This document shows positions 26,026 to 37,700 of a DNA stretch of 64,000 nucleotides, piece after piece. The stretch's first letter is position 1. Each line of letters opens with the position of its first letter. The DNA comes from Podarcis bocagei (taxonomy: Eukaryota), in NCBI GenBank assembly GCA_964188305.1, contig OZ076897.1; one strand, given 5' to 3'. A program made the position numbers and the translations under genes. Below the pieces are notes generated by a model. It made no database searches. It was not told the DNA's origin and was given only the letters and a program-made list of their open reading frames with translations.

Positions 26026-26161
26026 CAGGCTTCCTCAACCTCGGCCCTCCAGATGTTATGAGACTACGGTTCCCATCATCCCTGACCACTGGTCCTGCTA
26101 GCTAGGGATCATGGGAGTTGTAAGCCAAAAACATCTGGAGGGCCAAGGTTGAGGAAGCCTG
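26026..26161. mobile_element. hAT-type MITE, young copy
   Basis: TIR CAGGCTTCCTCAACC/GGTTGAGGAAGCCTG; perfect 8-bp TSD TTGTAGGG at 26018-26025 and 26162-26169. Confidence 0.9.
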
Positions 26162-28187
26162 TTGTAGGGTGAAAGTTTGTAGTGGGAGCTGGTGGTTCTC
26201 AGGCTCCTGTCATTTAGAACCTAGATACTAAATCAAGTGGGAAATTTGCACGATTGCATAAATTCAGCCTCAACATGTGGAGTACTATGGGACTTTCAGG
26301 AATGGGATGGAGGAATAGAATTATTTAGCACGTCCCCACTCACCTAGTGGAGAACAAGCAAGTTTAAATACCTGAACAGGGCTTCTGTTGTGTGGTGTTT
26401 CCTGTGAATATGGAGACAGTAGTCATGGTTGCTCAGCGATTTGGTTCTGATCACTTCCCTGTAAGGTGGTAGTTTATTTCTGAAAAGACAGGTTTGGCTA
26501 GTGTTCTCCCCAAGGTGAGCAGAGTTTTATCTAAAAACAACACCCCCTTTCTGGTTTTCATTATTTTGTCATCTTTAACTCATAATTTTTTGCCATCTTG
26601 TTCGCTGCTTGGACATCTTTGGGGTAAAATGTTTCAATCAAAGTGTTTATCACTCTCTGACTCTATACTTGGTATAGTGAAATTGTTTTTGTTTTGTTTT
26701 TTAGATCCTTAGTCTTCAGGTTTAAAAGAACAATCTGTCATAAAGATCATTGGGAGAGATCAATTTTCTTAAATTCTTGTCTCAGTATGTTGAACAGCAG
26801 GAACAGCTCCCTTTGGCTAGAACGTTATAGATCCTAGCGCTTTTAAAAAAATACTCCTTTCTCAATTTGATTCTCTGAAGGTTGTTTGATACCAGGTCAC
26901 AGTGGTATGCAGGAAACTCATACTTATTTTGAGGCCAATCCATAGGAAACTAAATGTAACACTGAAGCAGATTATTACCCTGTTGCCTAACCAACTAACC
27001 CCCCCCCAGCCGTTGCACAGAAAAACTTCCAAAATAGAAAAATTAGCTTCAGTGCACCTTTCTGACAAACCTTGGAGCTATTGGTTTTGCAAAATAAAAA
27101 AATGAAAACCTGCTGGAAGAAACAACTGTGTTTCCTTCCCGTTTTTTGGTGATAGGTGGCAGTCTGGAGTGGAGAGAAATTAACTGTGCCCACTCCTTTG
27201 TTTTCTTGCTCCCTCTGCTTGACTACAAGAAGTTTAGAGAAGCTAATGTACCAGTTTCTGGCTGTACTGCAGATTTTAGCACCTGCTACAGAGTGCTGAA
27301 AATATATTACTTCCTGATGACTTAATTTAAAATAGTATGCATTCAGAAAAGGATGAAGGCTTTGTAGTGCCTGTACCCTACACCTTCTGGCTGATGATCA
27401 GCATTCACCGGTCTCCACAGTCCTCACTGTTGTTACCCTGGTGCCATTTTATCCTTCACAAAATGTATTAGTGGATTAGAGACGACCATTAGAGTGAGCT
27501 GTTGAGTGATGGTTTTCTGTTGCATATTTGCAGTCCATATATCATTGTAGTGTAAGCCTCGGAAGTGGAGCCTGTTACATTAGGTAACTATTTTTACACC
27601 GGCAGCTCTGTTTCAGAAAACGTGTAACTGCAATTTAGCCTGGGATGAAAGGTGAGGCAACATCTCTGTTGTTGGCTAGGACAGGGGGGGTCTTGTCTCT
27701 TAAGCCTTTTAATATGTAAACAGCTTAACTTGAAGGGTCCTTTGAACTACATTTAAAATAAAATGAAAATGAAAAAGGTATAGCTCAATTTACTTGATGA
27801 GTGTTCACCTCTGCTCATAAAGACACACCTTTTTACCCTGGCTTTTGACACTTGAGACCTATGTTTTTAGATGTAACTTGATGTAAGCTGTTTTAAACTT
27901 TTTTACGCTGTGTTTAAATTGTTATAACCCACATTGGGAACTAAGGATGAAGGGTGGGTGATTGAGAATAATGTGCCTATTGTTTGTCTCTCACACACAA
28001 TTTGTTTGTTTGTGCATGTTTGTGTAATGCTTGGAAGAACCCGCTGGGAAGAAAAGTAATGTTACGGGCAAGTAGAGGCAAGTAGTGAGGAAGACTCACT
28101 AAATAAGATCAGAATCAGCCTGTGCCGATGTGCATTTTTTTTTTTGCATCTATTATAGAAGCATAGAGTTCATCTGAGAATCATCTA

Positions 28188-28243
28188 TGTCCCATATAGG
28201 GATCGAACCTGCAGCCTTAGCATTATCAGCGCTGAACTATCCA
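28188..28243 (-). mobile_element. tRNA-derived SINE head fragment
   Basis: Reverse strand reads GGATAGTTCAG..GCTGATAATGCTAAGGCTGCAGGTTCGATCCCTATATGGGACA, with a B-box GGTTCGATCC; truncated, not a tRNA gene. Confidence 0.55.
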
Positions 28244-28762
28244 CTTGGATTAATAATAAAAAGGATTAGGTTTCATGATTTGTTGAATATGTCTGCTGTT
28301 ACCACTTTCATATCCCGTTCCACAAACAGTTTAACATTTAAAATACTTCGCCTCAAAACAGTGAAGAAACGAAGCATTTTAAAGCAGTCGACATATTTTA
28401 CACTACCACCAATCAAAGTCTGAACACACTGGTTTAGCATGCATTGGTAACCTACAATAAGGCCCAAGTCATGTGGTCATCCCTAGCATGTAGGATTTTT
28501 TAAAAATCAAACTACAGACATGGGTCTCTGATCCAGAGTTAGAGCGCAGCATGGGTGGAAGGGGCCTTTAACTCTTCTCCCCCACCCACCAAATGCGATC
28601 CTGTTTCAAATCAACAGACCCAGTTGTGCGACTTCAGAGAGCTCCCCAATCCATTTGATCCTCACAACCCTGCAAGGTGGTTGCTGGGTAGCTACTGATA
28701 GCTGCCTCCTACTTGCTCACATTCTAGGAGGTCCCATTAAATGTACTGAGCAATTCGGATTA

Positions 28763-28993
28763 CAGTGGTACCTTGGGTTACATACGCTTCAGGTTACATA
28801 TGCTTCAGGTTACAGAGTCTGCTAACCCAGAAATAGTGCTTCAGGTTAAGAACTTTGCTTCAGGATGAGAACAGAAATCGTGCTCTGGCGGCGGGAGGCC
28901 CCATTAGCTAAAGTGGTGCTTCAGGTTAAGAACAGTTTCAGGTTAAGTACGGACCACCGGAACGAATTAAGTACTTAACCCGAGGTACCACTG
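28763..28993. mobile_element. Tigger-like MITE, family A (opposite orientation to the 3791 copy)
   Basis: CAGTGGTACC..GGTACCACTG TIRs with TA TSD. Confidence 0.85.
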
Positions 28994-29138
28994 TACACTT
29001 GGATCACTTTTGGTGTGGTGTCTCTCTCCCATTCCTTTTACACACAACCGTCCCTTTCACAAAACTATTACTGCTTCAGCAGAGGTACCCTGCATTGTAA
29101 GAGAGGCTGAATGTGGGAGCAGGGAGTTGATGCAGCTA

Positions 29139-29383
29139 CAGTGGTGCCTCGCAAGACGAAATTAATCCGTTCCGCGAGTCTCTTCGTCTTGCGGTTTTTT
29201 CGTCTTGCGAAGCACGGCTATTAACGGCTTAGCGGCTTTAAGAAAAAGGAAACAAACTCGCAAGAACTCGCAAGGCGTTTCGTCTTGCGAAGCAAGCCCA
29301 TAGGGAAATTCGTCTTGCGGAACGACTCAAAAAACGGAAAACTCTTTTGTCTTGCGCGTTTTTCGTCTTGCGAGGTACCACTG
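29139..29383. mobile_element. Tigger-like MITE, family B, CpG-rich with repeated TCGTCTTGCG motifs
   Basis: TIR CAGTGGTGCCTCGCAAGACGAA/TTCGTCTTGCGAGGTACCACTG with TA TSD. Confidence 0.85.
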
Positions 29384-29538
29384 TATTTTATTTTATTAAT
29401 CCAAATAAGGTAAGTAGCGGTATTGATGAAAAACTGATAAAGATGTTTGAACCAAATCACTATGCTAAATGTGCCTGCATGTACAGGCTTTCACGTTCTA
29501 TGGAAGCCTTTTCACACAGCCTTTAAAACTGTTCAAGC

Positions 29539-29790
29539 CACGGGTAAGCAAACTGAGGCCCGGAGGCTGGATCAGGCCCAGTCGCCTTCTAAATCCGGTC
29601 CGTGGACAGTCCGGGAATCAGCGTGTTTTTACATGAGTAGAATGTGTCCTTTTATTAAAAATGCATCTCTGGGTTATTTGTGGGGCATAAGAATTTGTTC
29701 ATCTCCCCCCCCCCCAATATAGTCCAGCCCCCCAATAAGGTCTCAGGGACAGTGGACCAGCCCCCTGCTGAAAAAGTTTGCTGACCCCTG
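29539..29790. mobile_element. hAT-type MITE
   Basis: CACGGGTAAGCAAACT..AGTTTGCTGACCCCTG; TSD GTTCAAGC/GTTTAAGC. Confidence 0.8.
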
Positions 29791-31416
29791 GTTTAAGCCT
29801 TTTGAGCTGTAAATGTTTACGTTTAACTGTATAACCAGCTTATAGTGTAGACTGCTATTCTCAGACACAGCCTTAGGTGGCAGTATTTCTTAACAGTCAG
29901 CACTTTAGCTGCTGCAGCAAGGAAGCGGGAAAGTACTTCTCCTTCCTAGTGATGTGTTGGCAAACATCATTTGCCACTCCCCTAGGGAGAAGGTTAAAGG
30001 AGAGGGATAAGGGCTCTCCGAAGCACCCTGGGTACATCCCAGTTACATTATAAATGTGCCTGTAATTGCCTTAACAAGTGTACATCAATGGAGCTGAAAT
30101 ACAACTTTGAAATTGGTACTAGCTTCCTGAATGCAGAGGGAGCAGCACTGGCTAATCTACACTGAAAAGTCTGGTGTGTCTTAAGAACATGGGAAGCCAT
30201 ACCAAGTCAGTACACTGGTCCATCTAGCTTAATATTGTATGCATTAACCAGCAGTGGCTCTCCAGCGTTTAATGGGTTTTCTGGGATCCTTTTGCATGCC
30301 AAGTTTTAGATCTGCTGCGGGGGTTTTTAATGCTGTTTTTAATGTATGTGTTATTTATTGTTGTGAGTTGCTTGGGTTACTTTTGTTTAAAATGTTTAAC
30401 CCTTCTTCAGAATAACTGAAATTCAAATGTCAGTGCTATGTTATTTTGTGCTGTTTGATCTTAATCCAAGGAGATTACATTCAGGCAAAATGCATATTTT
30501 TGTTAGATGGAAAAAAGGAGAGGGATAGAAATAACAGTTGATTGTCCTTCGGCAGAAGAAGAATCAAGTCTTCTAAGAACTCCCCAGAAGGGTTTTCAGT
30601 TCTTCCAATAAGCTAACTCTGATTCTAGCACAATAGCCATTTAATGTGACATAGAATTTCTTAATTTTTCAAGAACAGGGACACCAACTTGCAGTTCGTC
30701 AGATATCCATGAACTTCTGTGTTTATAAAATATGGAAGTTGCTTTGTGATTCTTCTTCTTCTTCTTTTGTCTGTTGTGTTTCTTTTAACCTGTCCTCCCA
30801 GTGACTCTGAAAGGTTGACCCTTCAGTCTTATGCTTGAGTTAATAATGTGTCATATCTTGTTGATAGGAACAATTTCTAGCCAACATATTGCGTTATTTT
30901 ATCCCATAGTTCTCCAGCTGCCTTGATTATATCAATTATTTTGCCTGTCTTGCTGTCTTCTTACAATTGTTGCTGGAAAATCCAGTACATGAAAAATGTT
31001 GATCTTTTATAGAAAACACCTGTATATATGTACAGTTCTGGTCACGGCACCTTAAAAAGGAAAATGCCAACTGGATCTCCACGTAATTAGCTTCAGGACA
31101 CACAACTGAGCTTAAGTCATTGATTTTTTAATAAGCTTTTTAGGTGACTTCATTAGGAAAGGCGCTACCTAGCTTAAATTTTTCACATAACAGCACCTAA
31201 TCTTCCTGTGCCATTTAACTTCATTTACCCCATCTCTGCACCACCTCTGCACTGTTAGATGAAATGCTTAGTTCACATTGTGATCTTATTCAGAATCCTT
31301 GTGCCCAAACACACAGAGTATTTCTTGGGCAGCGGGGCTGGCTCCAAAGAGGAATGGCTTGATTTTAAACATTTTCCGCAGTTCTGGTTTTTCCGTCTTT
31401 TGCGAGATGTGTGAAT

Positions 31417-31443
31417 GTGGTGGTGGTGGTGGTGGTGGTGGTA

Positions 31444-31481
<38 letters not shown>
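31417..31481. repeat. Compound (GGT)n(GAT)n microsatellite
   Basis: Seen directly; lies next to a LINE-like 3' tail remnant. Confidence 0.95.
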
Positions 31482-32009
31482 AGTAACTTATTATTTCTAC
31501 CCCACCCATCTGGCTGTATTTCCCCAGCCACTCTGGGCGGCTTTCAACAGAACATTAAAAACAGAATAGAAATTCAAACATTAAAAACTTCCCTAAACAG
31601 GTATAGCAAGCTTCTAGCTTTATATGATACACATGAACAAAGCTGCTTTTCAGCAAACCATTGCTTGCATTTTGTAGCCTTGTATACTGGAGACTCTCAA
31701 GAGTCACCTAGTAGCACATATGTTGGGCTCCTTGATAGTGTATATCAGCAATTTACAGTAACAAACCATATTTTGATCCACTCCAGGGGACCAGCAGCCC
31801 TGGAGCAACAGAGAGCCAAGGGCAGTTTAGCGCATGAGAAAGAGCAGAGCAATAGTGGTAATAAGGAAGCAGATAGTTCTTGGCCACAACCCAAGTGACA
31901 GCTAAAGCATCTCACTGGCATGATTTACATCAAAGCAGTTTTGAATCGGTAGCTAGCTGAAAACAGGCCTTTGGGGTTTTTTGCCTTGCAGACCCACTTT
32001 AAACCCCAG

Positions 32010-32141
32010 ACAGCTCAGTCAGTAGAGCAAGAGACTTAATCTTAAGGTTGTGGATTTGAGCCCCGTGTTGGGCAAAAACATTCCTGCATTACAAGGGGTT
32101 TGGCTAAATGACCCTTGTGATCCCTTCCAATTGTACGATTC
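32010..32141 (+). mobile_element. tRNA-derived SINE with CR1-like 3' tail
   Basis: Head AGCTCAGTCAGTAGAGC..GGATTTGAGCCCC followed by tail GACCCTTGTGATCCCTTCCAA..ACGATTC. Confidence 0.65.
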
Positions 32142-32768
32142 TTTTCAAACCAGTACAGTATCTGAATACCAGCTCAGTGCATACACACCCCTAGAGTTTT
32201 AAGTTGCAAACTATAAAAGGGCATGCAGTACTCAACCTGTAAATAAAACTCAGTACAGGCAAGCCCCTTATCAACCATTGTTATCTCTAGAAAGGCTGTG
32301 TCATATGGTACACATTTACTACTTGGAAAGCACATTGCAGGGAGGGAAAGCATCTACCATGACACATGCTGATTATCGGATGCAACAATAACGTATCTGC
32401 CTTTTTTGAGTTTGTAGTCACGTCGGACTGTGATTGGCCCTGGCTTTCCAAGCATGCGTTTACTGTGAGCATGCATACTGTCACTGAGGCATGTGGATGA
32501 TTGGCACAGGTGATGATGCATCTGGAGGTTTTATTCTAAATCCTACGCAAGAAGCCTTCCAGCCCCTCGCAAGCTGCACAGAACAATAAGCCTTTTTAGT
32601 CCTGCAATTCAACAATTGATATCACTGTAGCAAGGGCAGTGGGGAAGTATGCATAGTCAACAACTAAAAAAACGAAGCTGCTAATTATTTGGCTGCCTAT
32701 ATAGTGAGACCATTAGGAGGGAGCACAGCAGGGTGGCAAAATATAGGCTTTGGATTTACAAGGTCCTA

Positions 32769-33123
32769 GGGACATGGGTGGCCCTGTGGGTTAAACCACA
32801 GAGTCTAGGACTTGCCAATCAGAAAGTCGGCGGTTCGAATCCCCGCGATGTGGTGAGCTCCCGTTGCTCGGTCCCTGCTCCTGCCCACCTAGCAGTTCGA
32901 AAGCATGTCAAAGTGCAGTTAGATAAATAGGTACCGCTCCGGTGGGAAGGTAAACAGCGTTTCCGTGCACTGCTCTGGTTCACCAGAAGCGGCTTAGTCA
33001 TACTGGCCACATGACCCGGAAGCTGTTCGCCGGCTCCCTCGGCCAATAAAGCGAGATGAGCGCCGCAACCCCAGAGTCGGTCACGACTGGACCTAATGGT
33101 CAGAGGTCCCTTTACCTTTACCT
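32769..33123 (+). mobile_element. Sauria SINE, full length
   Basis: GGGAC.. head, B-box GGTTCGAATCC, (ACCTTT)n-type tail. Confidence 0.92.
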
Positions 33124-33670
33124 AGCTTCAATGCCTGCTATCGCTAGTTTAAAGGAAGAGATAGCAACTGGTTACAAGGAGCTGCTGGTGGTCAAACGAG
33201 ATAGTAAGGATCTAGACCAGTAGTTTTCAACCAGTGTGCCGTGACACACTGGGGTGCCTCAAATGATGGTCAGGGGTGCTGCAGGCAACACTGGCCTCTG
33301 CCCCTCTTTCTTTCCCTCTCTCTGATGCAGTCTTGTCTCTGCCTCCCAAAGGCTTGCGTAGCTGTTCGTTGCAGCAGGCCTGGCTACAAGCTCCCCAGGT
33401 GAGTGGTGCCTCTGGGGTTGGCCAGGGGGTGCTTCCCAGGCCCCTGTGGGACAGTGTGAGGAGGCATCTCTTTTGGGGGCAAGGGGGCAGCTCAGAGACC
33501 AGGGGCCACAGCTGTGACTGCCCAGAGGATTCCCAAGGGGAGGGCAAAGGAGTGGAGGAAACACTCCACAAAGCAGGGTGTTCAAAAAAGGGTGAGGCTG
33601 CCAGCTCTGCAGGCAAGGGGTGATGTGACTGGGCTCCTGAGTCCTACAGGGGTGCCTCAGAAAGAACGTA

Positions 33671-33897
33671 CAGTGGTACCTCGGGTTACATACGCTTCAG
33701 GTTACAGACTCTGCTAACCCAGAAATAGTACCTCGGGTTAAGAACTTTGCTTCAGGATGAGAACAGAAGTTGTGCTCTGGCAGCGCGGTGGCAGCAGCAG
33801 GCCCCATTAGCTAAAGTGGTGCTTCAGGTTAAGAACAGTTTCAGGTTAAGAACGGACCTCTGGAACGAATTAAGGTACTTAACCCGAGGTACCACTA
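33671..33897. mobile_element. Tigger-like MITE, family A, nested in the hAT element
   Basis: TA-CAGTGGTACCTCGGGTTA..TAACCCGAGGTACCACTA-TA. Confidence 0.85.
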
Positions 33898-33902
33898 TAG
33901 TT

Positions 33903-34252
33903 GGGACGCAGGTGGAGCTGTGAGTTAAGCCAGAGCCTAGGACTTGCCGATCAGAAGGTCGGTGGTTCGAATCCCCGCGATGGGGTGAGCTCCCGTTGCT
34001 CAGTCCCTGCTCCTGCCCACCTAGCAGTTCGAAAGCATGTCAAAGTGCAGTTAGATAAATAGGTACCGCTCCGGCGGGAAGGTAAACGGCGTTTCCGTGC
34101 GCTGCTCTGGTTCACCAGAAGCGGCTTAGTCATACTGGCCACATGACCCAGAAGCTGTACGCCTGCTCCCTCGGCCAATAAAGCGAGATGAGCGCCGCAA
34201 CCCCAGAGTCGGTCACGACTGGACCTAATGGTCAGGGGTCCCTTTACCTTTG
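33903..34252 (+). mobile_element. Sauria SINE, full length, inserted at the MITE end
   Basis: Near-identical to the 32769 copy; TSD ACCACTATAGTT at 33891-33902 and 34253-34264. Confidence 0.92.
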
Positions 34253-34705
34253 ACCACTATAGTTGTGTCAAGGTAGCCATGGACTCAAAAAGGTTGAAAA
34301 CCTCTGGTATAGACTGACAAATGATCTAACCAGCTTCCTATAGGAAAAGGAAATTGGGGAAAGGAAATCAAATCGTACTGTGGCCAAAATACATTTGCAA
34401 AATTAATAGGTGTACTTAATTAAAAAGTGAGAGAATTGGAAATAAGGCTTAAGGAAAGCTTATGGTTCTGCGAATGATTGTTGTGTTTACATAAGAGTAA
34501 AAAGCTGTTGTGAGTGGTCCATGTAGAGCCAATGAAAAGCAGTCCCAGAGAACCTAGTTTATGAACACACACAACATGAAATAAAGCAGAACAGTTAAGC
34601 AGCTGATTAGAGTAACCAGCTTGGATTCAGTAGTTTTGTAGCTTAGTAGGAAGGGATCTATCATACATACCGTAATTAAATAATTCTGGCATTTCCAGGG
34701 ATAGT

Positions 34706-34763
34706 TAAAAAAGGTAAAGGTCCCCTGACAGTTAAGTCCAGTCGCAAACGACACTTGGGTTGC
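34706..34763 (-). mobile_element. Sauria SINE 3' fragment
   Basis: AAAGGTAAAGGTCCCCTGAC..AGTCCAGTCG is the reverse complement of the SINE tail. Confidence 0.7.
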
Positions 34764-37700
34764 ATACACAGAATATCAAATGTTTGCACAAAGGATGGGT
34801 ACCAAATTGGGCTTGAAGTTTTGGCCTTTCTTCACGCCCTAAAGGTGGGTCGGAATTATGCAGTGTGTGTGTTTGTGGAAGCTTCCACATCCAAGTCTGC
34901 TTCTTTATTTACTTGTTAAGACCATTTGTACCCAGTCCTTCCATTGCAGTACTGAGGGCAACTTACAAAAAATTAAAAGTTTTAACAGAAATTGATTCAA
35001 ATAGAACAGCGTTAAGACATAGGCAATATTGCACAGATCACTCCACAAAAACCCCTCTGAAAATACTGTTCGTCTGGAGGAGAGACATCTGGGATGATAG
35101 GATCTCCATCCATTCTGCTGAGACACCAGCTCCATCAGGATCATCGCTTAACAGTCATCAAGAAGACATTCCACTGGGCTTCAGCAGAGGAAGAAACACA
35201 GCTGGAGGGTGTCCATTGGCTCAGCAGAGAGACCATTTGGCTCCTCTCTTCAATGGTTTCCATTCCTGGTCAGGAAGGCATATGAGGCCTCTCTCCCTTA
35301 CCTATTTCAGCAGCTCTGGGTTTGGTCATTGCCTGCATGGGAGCCTACCTAACAACCATATTTTGGTTGCCTTGGATTTCAGGATAGGTGGGATATAAAT
35401 GGGGAAATAAAGCATCCAGCTGGCTGCTATAATTATTTTGTAAATAAGAACTAGTGCCTGAGTTTTTTCCTCTCTCCCAATCCTTGTTTTGTGATGTCTT
35501 TTAGATTGCAAGCCTGAGGGCAGGATCTGTCATTGTCATTTCTAAACTGTTTTGGAGTCTCTTTTCAGCTGAAGACCAGGGTAAAATAACTTGGATATAT
35601 ACATATCTCAGCCTGGTGAGTAAAACCTTTGGAATAAAAAATGTTTTCAGTAGGTGGCGGACAGGAGAGATGGGGCCACATTAACTTCATGGTAGGGAGA
35701 GCCAGTCTGGTGCAATTGCAAATCCCAAATCCATGATTTAGGTTTTATTAACACTATATCACATCCCATTAAAAGGCCCAATGATTTATAATTTTCCCTC
35801 TACAACCATTGAGCCCCAGAAGAGCCTCCCCTTCAGATCTGAATGAGCCAGTAAATTGAGATGCTAAGTACAAAATTAAGAATGTGACAAAACAATCAAC
35901 AATGCTGAATATAAATCATGCATCCTCCATGTGCAGACTTTAAAACACTGCAGGGTGTGTAATCTGGAGGTTTGTATATGGGTGCAAGAGCCCTATGCCT
36001 CTAATCCACGTTCCTGCCATGATGTTAACATAACTCTTCTCCCATTACATTTGGCAGGCCTGGGATTGTCAATCAACTCCTATGCAACAGAAACAATGTC
36101 AAAATTCAGATTTAAGCCCATCTGTTCACACAGGCTGTGAACACACCACACATTTACAGCACATTGTCTCCGTTCAAAGACTCCTGTAGTTCACAGGAAA
36201 GCTAAGATTCCCAGTACCCTTAAACTACAGTTCCCAATGCTCAGGGGAGTGCTTCAAATGTATGTATACACATACATACATCCTTATAGTCACCTCCAGA
36301 ATTTAAAGTGCCATCTTTTGATGGGACCCTCTCACCATACCATGCCACTAACAGCTTTCGAAATTCCCTTTGATTTTAAAGTCTTGCCACTAGTGCCCAA
36401 AGGTTCAAGAAATGCAAGCCCGAAGTGCTCTTAGATACATGGAACTAGCAGGGCCAGTGCAAGACATTTTGCAGGCCACAACGTTGACCCTCCCCAATTC
36501 CACATACAGAAAGCTGGATTGGCATTTGAATAGGACTTCAATACTTGCTGCAGGTTAGCTCTCTCAAGGGTAGCTGGCTAATTTAAATGAAGCAGGACAG
36601 CACAGGTGGCATGCACAATTCTAGGAACATAAGAGTCCTGTGGAATTAAGCCGGTAGCCCATCAAGTTCAGCATCCTAATTTCACAGTAGCCGCTTGGAT
36701 ATGCCTGTTGGCTCTGTTCTCTGTTCTCCAAGGGGAACCTCTGGGGACTCAGGAGAAACAGCCAGGGAACAGCCACTAACTGCTGCACCCACCCACTCCC
36801 ACCTGCTGCTTGAGGTTATCTCCATATGCCTAATGGTAGGGCCAGCCCTAGGAACGATTTCTGCCATTCTCTCGGCCATCAGTCCCATCTTTCTGTACCT
36901 CTCCCAGAAAGAACAACATGACAGGTAACCCTGATGCACAATCCTAAACCAAATTTTATAAGCAGCAGGCTGCCCAAATAATGGACCTAGTGTCCATGCG
37001 CCAGACATCAATCCAAGTGAGGCTGTGGGGCTCGGCCTCAAAGTGGCACCTGTTATACCCAGACCAGCTGTTGCGGGTCATGTTTCTGCGTAACGCATTG
37101 CCAGGATGCTTTTTGCACAGGTGCAAAAACAGGACTGACCATCCCAGGCTTTCAAGGGTGAATACGCAGCGCACAAAGGAGACAGGCTTGGGGTAAGCTA
37201 CTCTGTACGTCTGGTTCCATGAGGAAGCCCTGGAGGGGGAGCCATCACTGCCTTTTCTTCAGAGATGGTCACATCCGCACCTTCTATTCAGAGCAAATGT
37301 TAATTCATGTGGCTTCCCACAAAGAATCCTGTACGGTGTGGATCAGATGAGTATCTCACAAAATCAACTACTGCTTGAGCTCCTAATTTCACTTGCCTGG
37401 GTTGTTGTTATAAAACGGCTGATGCAAAAATGTGTCCCACATCATTTACACAAGCTCCTGACCAAACCGTTTTTTCAAATGTGGGCACTGAGCTCTACCT
37501 CTGAAGCAGTGAGACCTCTTGATCACCATTTATTTTCTCTCTCCCAACTCGCTTCCCTTAAGCCCAGTCCTGGCTGCTGAAGCTTGATTGGGGGAGGGAT
37601 GCAGGAAGAGCCTGGTCTGATGGAGAAGGACATTTGGCAGCTGTGTGGGGGATGGGAGGGCTAAGACAGCTGGGAGAAGGGTGGGGGAAGGGCAGATGGT

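Larger units (their letters stand above)
33218..34306. mobile_element. hAT non-autonomous element hosting two nested insertions
   Basis: TIR CAGTAGTTTTCAACC/GGTTGAAAACCTCTG; 8-bp TSD ATCTAGAC/GTATAGAC. Confidence 0.7.

Noticed and set aside
28188-28243. Possible tRNA gene (also 32010-32070)
   Set aside because: Incomplete cloverleaf; these are tRNA-derived SINE heads.
29139-29383. Repeated TCGTCTTGCG motif suggesting a CRISPR-like array
   Set aside because: Eukaryotic DNA; spacing is irregular and the motifs lie inside a TA-flanked MITE with TIRs.
31273-31898. 199-aa ORF with poly-Gly/poly-Asp and reverse poly-His/poly-Ser ORFs
   Set aside because: Produced by a (GGT)n(GAT)n microsatellite plus a LINE tail; no domain or splice support.
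32542-32571. Minus-strand peptide CEGLEGFLRR resembling the nuclear-receptor P-box CEGCKGFFRR
   Set aside because: The zinc-ligand Cys is missing, a stop follows immediately, and there is no second zinc finger; probably chance.
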